From Candidatus Nomurabacteria bacterium (lineage in GTDB: Bacteria; Patescibacteriota; Saccharimonadia; Saccharimonadales; Saccharimonadaceae): 64,000 nt of DNA. The stretch spans positions 3,919 through 67,918 of the forward strand of contig JAITNW010000012.1 of assembly GCA_031290255.1 (NCBI GenBank). Direction: 5' to 3'. The notes under the pieces were generated by a model. That model made no database searches, was not told the DNA's origin, and saw only the letters and a list, made by a program, of their open reading frames with translations. The position numbers and the translations under genes were made by a program. Positions 1 through 10,359 of the stretch are shown here, one piece after another. The stretch's first letter is position 1; each line of letters opens with the position of its first letter.

Positions 1-11
1 ATAATGGAAGT

Positions 12-1160
12 ATGAATCCGGAAGACGGTGGGTTAACCAATCAAGATCGGCAACGCCAAACAGCGGCGGAAATTGCCCGCAAAAAGGTTCTCGAGGCCTA
101 TAAGTTAAAGCCCGAAAATTACGCTACACCAGAGAAAAAGCCCGAAGTAAAAGAAGAGGATTGGCGCAAGTACCATTCCGCTTGGCAAGATTATTACCAA
201 CGCTACTATGGTCAGTATTACGGCAAAGCCGCTCACGATTATGTAGAAAAGGCTAAGCTCAAATACGAACGCGAACAAGCAGAAAAACGACGTTCATTAG
301 ATGATATCATCGAACAACCCAAAACTACAGATAGCCTAAACACCGAGCGCGCCGACGCCCAAAACAGCATCCGTGCCAAGATCCGCGACAAAGCCGCCAA
401 ACGCGCCAGCAAATTTCGCCGTTCTCGTCACTTTATCCCTATCATCATGGGCCTAGCCATTATCTTAATCGGCGTCCTATTCCAATACAATCAAGTCATT
501 GTAGCCAACGCCGTAGCCTATATCACCCCAGGCGGTGGCAATGTTAATGAAATCACCGCCATCGATCCCAATGTTTCTAGCAACATTGGCCCAGAGTCCA
601 AGCTTCTTATCCCCAAGCTCAATGTCGATGTCCCCATCACTTTTGGCTCGGCCAACGATCAAAAATCTATGAACCAAGCCATGAATAACGGCGTAGCTCA
701 ATTTGCAATCAGCGGCGCGTCTGCCGTTCCCGGCGAAAAGGGCAATTTTGTCATTTCTGGACACTCGGCAGGAAATATTTATCAGAATTCCAACTACAAA
801 TTCATCTTTTCCGGCCTCACTCGGCTCGGCGCTGGCGACCTCATTTATGTCAACTACAAATCTACCCGTTATGCCTACTCTGTACTCGGCGCCAAAACCG
901 TCGAACCCACCGACGTCCAGTCCGTCATAAACATAGCAAAACAATACCCAGATAAGCCCCTTATCACCCTCATCACCTGCACGCCACTCGGCACATCCCG
1001 TTACCGCCTCCTAGTCTATGCCGAACAGATCAGCCCCAGCTATGACGGCGCCGCTACCGCCGAGCCAGGTGATGACTCCGCCAACACCGATCTAGAAATG
1101 CCCGCCAATCAACCCTCTCCCCTAGAGCAATTCTGGCTCTGGCTCACCGGCCAATCCTAA
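12..1160 (+). CDS. Sortase-family transpeptidase, membrane-anchored, long charged N-terminal region
   Basis: 382-aa ORF; TM helix IIMGLAIILIGVLF; catalytic-core motifs FVISGHS (His), PLITLITCTP (TLxTC Cys), RYRLLVYAE (Arg). Frame stays open to nt 3, so the start could lie upstream of the window. Confidence 0.8.
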   Translation: MNPEDGGLTNQDRQRQTAAEIARKKVLEAYKLKPENYATPEKKPEVKEEDWRKYHSAWQDYYQRYYGQYYGKAAHDYVEKAKLKYEREQAEKRRSLDDIIEQPKTTDSLNTERADAQNSIRAKIRDKAAKRASKFRRSRHFIPIIMGLAIILIGVLFQYNQVIVANAVAYITPGGGNVNEITAIDPNVSSNIGPESKLLIPKLNVDVPITFGSANDQKSMNQAMNNGVAQFAISGASAVPGEKGNFVISGHSAGNIYQNSNYKFIFSGLTRLGAGDLIYVNYKSTRYAYSVLGAKTVEPTDVQSVINIAKQYPDKPLITLITCTPLGTSRYRLLVYAEQISPSYDGAATAEPGDDSANTDLEMPANQPSPLEQFWLWLTGQS

Positions 1161-1189
1161 GTATACGGGTGCAAGGGGGGAGGGGGGAG

Positions 1190-2620
1190 CTAAAGTCTTT
1201 CTCGCTTTAGGATAAAACCATCATCCTTATAGTCGACAATATACAGCCATCGATCATTTTCAGTAAGTGCCACCCCCTGACCACTGGCCGCCTCAGCAAT
1301 CTCTCGCCGATTGTTGCCATCAAAATCCCGAACAACTAATTTATCATCCCAGATTTCCCAAGTCATAAAATTATCCAACCAATTAACAGTATCAAGCTCG
1401 GTATTTACTTCATAAATCCAATGCTCCTTCAGCTCCACATCCACCGTCACCACCTGTTGCTTATTCGCCGCCACCACGAATCTCCCGCTAGGACTTGCCT
1501 TAATAAATTCCGGCACAAAATCAATATCATGCTCTGCAACTATCTTCATAGAACTTGCCGACTTGCCATATGAAGGATAACTACCGCTTCTCACGTATAT
1601 TCTGTCGTCCAAACTATAGGCAATCCAGTCATCGCCCCAATAGCTCCCAAGTGCAACCTTTACAGTTTCTATTTCTTCGTTTACTTTTTGTATAGTAGCG
1701 CCACCTTGCTCGCCCTCCTTAAATACGCCCACGATTCTTCCCAGCTCTTCGCTATCCTGCACATAGGCTACCGTATTAGCATTGTTCGCAACAACAGATT
1801 CAATATTGCCGACTAGCACTCCGGAAATCGTCGATTCGCTAGTACTGATCAATCTCAAATTCCCACTCTCAAGCGCCCATACTTTGTCTGCAGAATCACT
1901 AGCTATCATCAACTTATCAAAATTGAGTAAAAATTTTGCACTCAAATTTATACTACTCGAAGCTTTCTTTGTGTCCACAAGTATCCAGTTTTCTTTTTTT
2001 TCTATTGTCCATTTGAGCAAAAATTTATCACTATTCTTGTTCCATTCAATAATTTCTAGCTCTCCGCCAGGAATTGCATTTTTTTCCAGCCCCAACACCG
2101 TCTGCAGATCTAGCGTACTATACTTTACGTCGTCATTCTTAATGTTAATCATTTGGATTTTTGTGGTGTCTTCTGGCAACAAGAGCATATATTGGTTGTC
2201 CGGCGATACGCTCACCAGCCTCAAGCTTTCAAATTCATGCACATTCTCAATTATTTTTTCAATAGGGAATAGTCGCGCCCAGTCCACCCGCGTCAGTAAT
2301 CCAGATTCGACATTTAGCACCCTCTCCCACACATCGTAACCTGGCTTGCTAATCCTGATGGTATGTTCCCCAGAGCTAAGCAGTTTGCTCATTTCTGTGC
2401 GACTCATTTGGGCATCGTCGTCAATTTCCACGATGGCTCCGCGGGGGCGCGAGCCTATCTGCACTAGGCCAGACTGCTCCAGGCCCCATTCCTTATTGAA
2501 AGAATATCCCATCGCGATTAGTGTTAATACTGACACTATCACTATCACAGAAAGCCCCATAAACAAATTAGTGGCAATCACTCTAGCTGATCTTAGTTTC
2601 TTCTTTCTTGCTTGTTCCAT
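1190..2620 (-). CDS. Membrane-anchored PEGA-domain protein
   Basis: 476-aa ORF; N-terminal TM (LFMGLSVIVIVSVLTLIAMG); PEGA-like segment GAIVEIDDD...GEHTIRISKPGYDVWERVLNV; remainder unrecognised. Confidence 0.6.
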   Translation of the reverse strand: MEQARKKKLRSARVIATNLFMGLSVIVIVSVLTLIAMGYSFNKEWGLEQSGLVQIGSRPRGAIVEIDDDAQMSRTEMSKLLSSGEHTIRISKPGYDVWERVLNVESGLLTRVDWARLFPIEKIIENVHEFESLRLVSVSPDNQYMLLLPEDTTKIQMINIKNDDVKYSTLDLQTVLGLEKNAIPGGELEIIEWNKNSDKFLLKWTIEKKENWILVDTKKASSSINLSAKFLLNFDKLMIASDSADKVWALESGNLRLISTSESTISGVLVGNIESVVANNANTVAYVQDSEELGRIVGVFKEGEQGGATIQKVNEEIETVKVALGSYWGDDWIAYSLDDRIYVRSGSYPSYGKSASSMKIVAEHDIDFVPEFIKASPSGRFVVAANKQQVVTVDVELKEHWIYEVNTELDTVNWLDNFMTWEIWDDKLVVRDFDGNNRREIAEAASGQGVALTENDRWLYIVDYKDDGFILKRERL

Positions 2621-2718
2621 AAGTTATTCACATTATACTATATAAAATTGTTCAAAATGTTATTGATTATTCTGCATTTGTGTTTTATTATAACACTAGC
2701 ATATTAAAGCGAGGCAAT

Positions 2719-3705
2719 ATGGACGGAATCAAAAAGAACACGGTGGGTAAAACAGGGCATCACTACAGCTCAAGCGACCATCAGACTTTACAAAGATCTT
2801 CCACACTCAACCGCAGATTCGTCAAAAGACCCGCCAAAGCAGCAGTAAACCCACAAATCTCTTCCGCAGCTATGCGTGCCGCAGAAACATTGCGCCGTCG
2901 CCAGCTCATTGCCCCCAATCCTACTCGCGCAAATCTTCAGACCCCTAGCCGTTCAAGCGCAATTCAGAATACCAAAGCCGATGACGGCAAAATCGCTGTC
3001 AAGGTAATCAAGAAAAAAGAAGCCGCCACGCCAGTGACACCTGCGACCCAGCACCCAGTAGCCAGACTAGCCAATGCCCGCACCGCAGCTCGCAAAGCCG
3101 AGCCACCACGTCACCTCTCCGCCCAGGAGCTCAAAGATCGCGCCATCCAGCAAGCGCTACGTCGCGTATCCACTATGAATGAAGATCAAACAGTCGAAGT
3201 CCAAGAGAAAATGAGCGAATCTATCACAAAGAAAAAACCATTCTGGCAAAAACGTAAACTCGCGATTGCTCTTGCGATGTCCGCAGTATCTATCGCACTA
3301 CTTGGGTATTTAGTACATATCAATCTCCCCGATCTATCAGTCAAGGTGGCAGCTATGCAAACTGGCATAGATGGCGCTTACCCAAGCTATATCCCCAAAA
3401 ATTACCGTCTAGACGGTCTAGTTTCAGAGAAAGACGGCAAGATCACCATGAATTTCTCAGGCAAAGACAGCGCATCTTTCACCCTCACAGAGGAAAAGTC
3501 TAACTGGGACTCATCAGCCGTCCTAGCGAACTTCGTCACGCCAAAGTGGGAAAATGAATATTCTATCGTCAAAGGTCAGGGTCTCACCATTTATGTCGCT
3601 GGCTCCAATGCAGTTTGGGTAAATGGCGGAATTCTTTACTTCATAGAAGACACCAATAACTTTCTTACCAAGCAACAGCTCCACGATATCGCAGTCAGCC
3701 TTTAG
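2719..3705 (+). CDS. Hypothetical membrane protein, basic N-terminus, DUF4367-like C-terminal domain
   Basis: ORF-track frame 2680..3705; preferred start is ATG 2719 after GCGAGG. One TM (LAIALAMSAVSIALLGYLV); family call is tentative. Confidence 0.5.
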   Translation: MDGIKKNTVGKTGHHYSSSDHQTLQRSSTLNRRFVKRPAKAAVNPQISSAAMRAAETLRRRQLIAPNPTRANLQTPSRSSAIQNTKADDGKIAVKVIKKKEAATPVTPATQHPVARLANARTAARKAEPPRHLSAQELKDRAIQQALRRVSTMNEDQTVEVQEKMSESITKKKPFWQKRKLAIALAMSAVSIALLGYLVHINLPDLSVKVAAMQTGIDGAYPSYIPKNYRLDGLVSEKDGKITMNFSGKDSASFTLTEEKSNWDSSAVLANFVTPKWENEYSIVKGQGLTIYVAGSNAVWVNGGILYFIEDTNNFLTKQQLHDIAVSL

Positions 3706-3820
3706 CAAAACTCACTCACCATCAGCTGGATTATCACGTCATTTTTCTATCCAAAAGTGCAGCCAAGGAATCCCTATGGTACAATAAAAACGTAACTTTT
3801 TAATTGGAGGATCTTGGATT

Positions 3821-4897
3821 ATGAAAGGATATGGCATGGCAATCGTGGGAGAAGCAACTTGGCTGACCAAACCAAAACCCACCGCAGGGCCACTTGACGC
3901 AATTGTACGCCCCACAGTGTTGGCGCCGTGCAGTTCAGACACGCACGTTTTGCATGGCGGTTCAGGACCAAAAGAAGACTTAATATTAGGACACGAAGCC
4001 ATAGGCATCATAGATAGCGTCGGCAAAGAAGTAAAAAATTTCAAAAAAGGTGACAAAGTAGTTGTGCCTTGCGTCACTCCAGACTGGCTTGCTCCTGGCG
4101 TACAGAACTCCAAATCTTTTTCGCATGACACTCGCGTAATGGGTAGCTTCAAATTTCTCGGTTCCAAAGACGGCACAATGGCAGAATTCTTCCACGTCAA
4201 TCACGCCGATGCCAATCTAGCCAAGCTTCCAGACGACGTCAGCGAAGAAGCCGCCCTCATGACCACAGACATGATGAGCACCGGCTTCCACGCCGCCGAG
4301 CTCGCCGACGTATCTTATGGTGACTCCATATTAGTAATTGGTATTGGCCCAGTCGGCCTGATGGCGGTTGCCGCCTCCGCGCTCAGAGGAGCAGGGCGCA
4401 TTATAGCGGTCGGTACTCGCCCAATCTGTGTGGCAGTTGCCAAGGATTATGGCGCTACAGACATCATTAGCTACAAAGAAGGCGATATTGCCGAGCAAGT
4501 TATGAAACTGACGAACGGTCGCGGCGTCGACAAAACCATCATCGCCGGAGGTGGCGCAGACAGCCTCAGCACTGCCATTCTCGCTACCCGCGAAATGGGC
4601 ATCATCGCCAGCGTCAACTTTTACGACATCAATGACAAACTCTCCATCCCCACCTTAGCCTGGGGCCTCGGCATGTCGCACAAAGACATCCGCTGTGGCT
4701 TCTGCCCAGGAGGAGGCGAACGCATCAGGCGTATGCTCGAACTTATCAGCAACGGTCGCATTGACCCCACAAAACTCATCACACACAAATTCTACGGCTT
4801 CGACCAAATCCCAGCAGCCTTCGACCTCATGGACAAAAAATCCCCCGACCTCATCAAGCCAATCGTCTACATAGACAAAACCCCAAATAAGGTATAA
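3821..4897 (+). CDS. adh: NADP-dependent zinc-type secondary alcohol dehydrogenase (TbADH / C. beijerinckii ADH type)
   Basis: 358 aa, collinear by recall with Thermoanaerobacter brockii ADH: MKG..M, DAIVRP..APC.SD.H, GHEA.G, GIGPVGLMAVA....RGAGRIIAVG.RP, DLIKP near the C-terminus. Confidence 0.85.
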   Translation: MKGYGMAIVGEATWLTKPKPTAGPLDAIVRPTVLAPCSSDTHVLHGGSGPKEDLILGHEAIGIIDSVGKEVKNFKKGDKVVVPCVTPDWLAPGVQNSKSFSHDTRVMGSFKFLGSKDGTMAEFFHVNHADANLAKLPDDVSEEAALMTTDMMSTGFHAAELADVSYGDSILVIGIGPVGLMAVAASALRGAGRIIAVGTRPICVAVAKDYGATDIISYKEGDIAEQVMKLTNGRGVDKTIIAGGGADSLSTAILATREMGIIASVNFYDINDKLSIPTLAWGLGMSHKDIRCGFCPGGGERIRRMLELISNGRIDPTKLITHKFYGFDQIPAAFDLMDKKSPDLIKPIVYIDKTPNKV

Positions 4898-4933
4898 TAA
4901 ACAGATAATTACGTGAGCAGGAGATATTAAGCC

Positions 4934-6187
4934 ATGATCAACTTCAAAAGTTACGCAGAAAACTTCATCTCTGAGCCAGACTATTTAGAAAAACTTGAAA
5001 CCGCAAAAACCTTAATGTCCCGCCTCCAACAAGATCCCATGTCAGGCTGGGTAGACCTACCCATAGACTATGACAAGCCAGAATTCGCCCGCATCAAAAC
5101 CGCCGCAAAAAAGATCCAGCAAGATTCCAAATACCTAGTCTGTATTGGTATCGGCGGCAGCTACCTCGGCCACAAAGCTGTCATTGAGACATTAGGAGAA
5201 AATAGCCCCACCAAAATCCTCTACGCTGGCAACTCTCTCAGCCCGCTTGAGTTGAGCAAAATCATTGATCAGCTCGGCGACGCAGATTTCTCAGTCAACA
5301 TCATCAGCAAATCCGGCACCACCACCGAACCCGCCATAGCTTTCCGCATTTTCAAGCAAAAACTGATCGAAAAATACGGCAAAGCAGCAGCCAGCAAGCG
5401 TATCTACGCCACCACAGACGCCAGCAAAGGCGCCCTCCACAGTGAATCAGTGGAGAACGGCTATGAAATGTTCGTTATCCCAGATAATATCGGCGGTCGC
5501 TACTCAGTTCTCACCGCAGTTGGTCTCTTATCAATCGCCGTAGCAGGGATCGACATAGACAAGCTAATGGACGGCGCCGAAGAAGAGCGCGCCACCTTAA
5601 TTTCTGACGGTGGCAATGCCGCAGAATACGCAGCGCTCCGCAACGTCTTGCTCGACCACAATTTCAATATCGAAATCCTCGCCAACTTTGAGCCATCCTT
5701 CCTCTACTTCAATGAATGGTGGAAGCAACTCTTCGGCGAAAGCGAAGGCAAAAACGGCCAAGGTATTTACCCAGCCAGCGTCATCGACAGCACCGACCTC
5801 CACTCCATGGGCCAGTACATTCAAGACGGCAGACGCAATCTCTTCGAAACTTTCGTCAAGATTAGAGAATACATCAGCGATATTGATGTGCCAGTTATGG
5901 AGACAAACCTCGACGATTTGCGTTACCTAGAAGGCAAAGGCCTTAATTACATCAATGAACAGGCGCAGGCTGCAACCCGAGCCGCCCACCTTTCTGGCGG
6001 CGTACCAGTCCTCGAAATCACAATGCCAGATATTTCCGCCCGTTCTCTAGGCGCCCTCATCTATTTCTTCGAAATGAGTTGCGCCCTCAGCGGTTTCTTA
6101 CTAGGTGTTGACCCATTTAATCAACCTGGCGTTGAAGCCTACAAGAACAATATGTTCCACTTGCTCGGTAAGCCTGGCCACAAATAA
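4934..6187 (+). CDS. pgi: Glucose-6-phosphate isomerase (short Bacillus-type)
   Basis: 417 aa; motifs GIGGSYLG, ISKSGTTTEP, DNIGGRYSVLTAVGL, GESEGK. Confidence 0.9.
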   Translation: MINFKSYAENFISEPDYLEKLETAKTLMSRLQQDPMSGWVDLPIDYDKPEFARIKTAAKKIQQDSKYLVCIGIGGSYLGHKAVIETLGENSPTKILYAGNSLSPLELSKIIDQLGDADFSVNIISKSGTTTEPAIAFRIFKQKLIEKYGKAAASKRIYATTDASKGALHSESVENGYEMFVIPDNIGGRYSVLTAVGLLSIAVAGIDIDKLMDGAEEERATLISDGGNAAEYAALRNVLLDHNFNIEILANFEPSFLYFNEWWKQLFGESEGKNGQGIYPASVIDSTDLHSMGQYIQDGRRNLFETFVKIREYISDIDVPVMETNLDDLRYLEGKGLNYINEQAQAATRAAHLSGGVPVLEITMPDISARSLGALIYFFEMSCALSGFLLGVDPFNQPGVEAYKNNMFHLLGKPGHK

Positions 6188-7215
6188 TGAAAACTATCCT
6201 CATCACTGGTGGCGCAGGCTTTCTCGGCTCAATTCTCAAAAAAGAATTACTCAACAAAAAATACCAAGTGGTTTCAATAGACTTACAGAAAGACGATTTC
6301 GATCACCCCAATTTCACAGCAGTAATTGGCGACATCATAAACCCCAAAGCCCTAGCCAAACTCAGCCAAAAATACACATTTTCCGCCATCTTCCACTTCG
6401 CCGCCATGATGCCCCACGCCGTCAAAAAACGCCAAGATTTCTGGCGCACCAACGTCGACGGCACCAAAAACATCGCCGATTTCGCCAAAAAATATCACAT
6501 TCCCCGCCTAATTTTCGCCTCCACCAACTGTCTCTGGGGCAAAGCCACCAAGCAGGCCATCAAAGAAGACGACCCTCTCTGCCCCCAAGAAATCTACGGC
6601 AAATCCAAAATGGCCGCCGAAACCATCCTCCGCAAATACGAAAAAGACCTCAAGATCATCATCTTCCGCTGCCCACCCATCATCGACGAAAGCCGCATCG
6701 GCATCATCGGCATCATGTTCGAATTCGTCCGCGAAAACCGCAAACTCTGGATGGTAGGAAAAGGGCACAACCGCTACCAATTAGTCTACGCCGGCGACGT
6801 CACTGAGGCGATGCTCTCAGCACTAACATACCCGCAATCTAATATTTTCAACATCGGCTCGGACAGCGTACCCACCTTCCGCGAAATGTATACATTTATT
6901 ATTCAAGAATCCCACTCCAAAAGCCGCCTCGCCAGCTTCCCGCCCTACATCATCCACCCCATAATGCGTCTAGCCGCCACCCTCAGAATCTCTCCCCTCA
7001 GCCCCTACGCCGAAAACATGCTAGACAAAAACGTCTCCCTAGACACCACTAGAGCCAAACAAGAACTAAACTGGCAACCCACTCTAAACAACAGCGAAAT
7101 GCTCCTAAAAGCCTACACCTACTTCACCACCCACCGCAAAGAACTCACAGAAGGCACCACCAACAAAGACCTAGCCAAAATGGGCCTCATCAAAATCCTA
7201 AAAATCCTCTCCTAA
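6187..7215 (+). CDS. NAD-dependent epimerase/dehydratase (extended SDR)
   Basis: 342 aa; Rossmann motif ILITGGAGFLGS; catalytic YxxxK (EIYGKSKMAAE); start overlaps the pgi stop (TAATG). Confidence 0.8.
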   Translation: MKTILITGGAGFLGSILKKELLNKKYQVVSIDLQKDDFDHPNFTAVIGDIINPKALAKLSQKYTFSAIFHFAAMMPHAVKKRQDFWRTNVDGTKNIADFAKKYHIPRLIFASTNCLWGKATKQAIKEDDPLCPQEIYGKSKMAAETILRKYEKDLKIIIFRCPPIIDESRIGIIGIMFEFVRENRKLWMVGKGHNRYQLVYAGDVTEAMLSALTYPQSNIFNIGSDSVPTFREMYTFIIQESHSKSRLASFPPYIIHPIMRLAATLRISPLSPYAENMLDKNVSLDTTRAKQELNWQPTLNNSEMLLKAYTYFTTHRKELTEGTTNKDLAKMGLIKILKILS

Positions 7216-7261
7216 ACCCACAAAAACCCCGAGCGACCTCTCTCAGCCACCATATCTCCTC

Positions 7262-7290
7262 ATTATAGCACACCTTATTAAAAAAGTCAA
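7262..7290 (-). promoter_or_regulatory. Consensus sigma70-type promoter (TTGACT-N17-TATAAT) with no downstream ORF
   Basis: Reverse complement of 7262-7290 reads TTGACT, 17-nt spacer, TATAAT. It points into the 3' end of the + strand epimerase gene. Confidence 0.5.
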
Positions 7291-7303
7291 GCTTAAAAGG
7301 GAA

Positions 7304-7445
7304 GAAAAATAAGCTAGGGCCTCCCAAAGGGGATGTGGAAGAGAGGCGTGCACGCCTCTACTTCCAGCCAACTGCAGCGCCTGCGCCCCGTGAAGACGGG
7401 CGCGCACGCAAAAGGGCCCCTTTGGGAGGCCCTAGCTTATTTTTC
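7304..7445 (+). repeat. Palindromic repeat element, copy A (~142 bp)
   Basis: 29-bp perfect outer inverted repeat (7304-7332 / 7417-7445) around a core shared with copies at 10185-10328 and 63799-63941. Sits 10 nt past the eno stop. Confidence 0.85.
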
Positions 7446-7455
7446 GCCTGAGTAC

Positions 7456-8790
<1,335 letters not shown>

Positions 8791-8872
8791 TTATCACACT
8801 TATACTTAAAAACCATTTAAGTTGTCATTTTTTTGTGCTAACATCGTAGTTAAGCAAGAAAGGTAAAATAAT

Positions 8873-10159
8873 ATGAACAACGACAAAACCAACATTAATC
8901 CAAGCATGGAAGCCAACGATATTCCAGAGCAAAGCTCCCCATGGCAGTCAGCTCCAGAAATAACCCCCGCTCCAGAAACCAAACCAAAAAAGAAAAAAAT
9001 CGCCCTCATAGTCACGATTTGTGTCCTAGCTGTTCTACTGATAGGCGGTAGCGTATTTGCTGCAATATATACAGCGTGGCGCCAATCTGACACGGTAGTT
9101 ATCATGGACGCAGTTACGAGTACCATGAAGAAGTCCAAAATTGCCGTAACCGGAACGATGGACATAGAGTTTAATAAAACCAGTCAAGACGCATCTGGAC
9201 TGAAAGCCATCCATATTACGCTTGGGGCAGCCAATGACGGCGCCGACACCCGCGGCGACGGCACATTTACTATCGTTACGCCAGACAGTAAGGAGACTAC
9301 AATAGTTATCGGTGGCGCATTCGTATCCGATGGCACAATCTACTTCAGGATAGACGGCATCAGAGATGCTCTAGAGACCCTCGATTTACCAGACGAAGCT
9401 GAAGCTGTTCTCGGCTATATAGATAATTTAATCGACGATATAGACGGCGAATGGTATAAAATCCAAATTGCTGACCTCAACCTCGACCAAGAAAATGAAG
9501 AAAAGTATACCTGTATGGTCGACGCCATCAATTACGCCGCCAGCAAAGACAGCAAGAATGAATTAGCCGAGCTTTACACCGCATACCCATTTCTCATCCC
9601 AAATAAACAGCACGACACCGACTCTGACGGCAATGTAGTTTATGGCATTAAATGGGACGCCAATGATCTCGCCAGCTTCACAAACAATTTGCGCACAACC
9701 GAACTCTACAAGACCATCGGTTCCTGCGATCTTGTCGATGACGAAGACGCTACGATTGTCACTCCAGACGACGTCAGCGACGTCAGCATGCCAGACGATT
9801 TCCCAGAACTTAACCTACATATTGACCTTTGGTCACACGAGCTTCGTGGTTTCTCAACAGATTACAGCAAGGACGGCAACAGCCTAAAAGCGGAATTCCA
9901 TTTTGCCTATGACAAAAACGTCAACGTCGAAATCCCCCAAGAAGCAAAATCCATCAACGACCTAGTCAGCAGCATCGAAACCACCCTGAAAAATCTCGTC
10001 ACCTCACTCCTAGAAGACCAAATCTCCGAATACTGCTCCAGCTACACAGGTACCGTCCATGACCAATGTACCGAAACCTATTCCAAACAAATCCAAGATT
10101 ACCTAAAGGAAATGGACTTCAGCGACTACCTCTCCCTCGCCACCGGCAGCCAAGTCTAG
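8873..10159 (+). CDS. Hypothetical membrane-anchored extracytoplasmic protein
   Basis: 428-aa ORF; basic stretch KPKKKK then TM (IALIVTICVLAVLLIGGSVFAAIY); acidic extracytoplasmic part; no recognised domain. Confidence 0.55.
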   Translation: MNNDKTNINPSMEANDIPEQSSPWQSAPEITPAPETKPKKKKIALIVTICVLAVLLIGGSVFAAIYTAWRQSDTVVIMDAVTSTMKKSKIAVTGTMDIEFNKTSQDASGLKAIHITLGAANDGADTRGDGTFTIVTPDSKETTIVIGGAFVSDGTIYFRIDGIRDALETLDLPDEAEAVLGYIDNLIDDIDGEWYKIQIADLNLDQENEEKYTCMVDAINYAASKDSKNELAELYTAYPFLIPNKQHDTDSDGNVVYGIKWDANDLASFTNNLRTTELYKTIGSCDLVDDEDATIVTPDDVSDVSMPDDFPELNLHIDLWSHELRGFSTDYSKDGNSLKAEFHFAYDKNVNVEIPQEAKSINDLVSSIETTLKNLVTSLLEDQISEYCSSYTGTVHDQCTETYSKQIQDYLKEMDFSDYLSLATGSQV

Positions 10160-10184
10160 ATTTTGCCTTCCTAAGAGCGATCGA

Positions 10185-10328
10185 GAAAAGCCTAGCATAT
10201 CTTCTCCAAAGAGGATGTGGAAGAGGGGTGTGCACACCCCTACTTCCAGCCAACTGCAGCGCCTGCGCCCCGTAAAGACGGGCGCGCACGCAAAAGGGCC
10301 TCTTTGGAGAAGATATGCCAGGTTTTTC
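10185..10328 (+). repeat. Palindromic repeat element, copy B (~144 bp)
   Basis: Same core as copy A in the same orientation. Outer stem 10191-10213 / 10300-10322 (22 of 23 complementary). Lies between the 8873 gene stop and uvrC. Confidence 0.85.
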
Positions 10329-10359
10329 ACAACAAAGCCAAAATGATATAATAACCTAA

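Noticed and set aside
1175-1187. G6-A-G6 tract (and C8 at 36225-36232) as phase-variation switches
   Set aside because: Both are intergenic, lying between convergent gene ends or downstream of a stop. Runs of this length are about as frequent as chance predicts in 64 kb.
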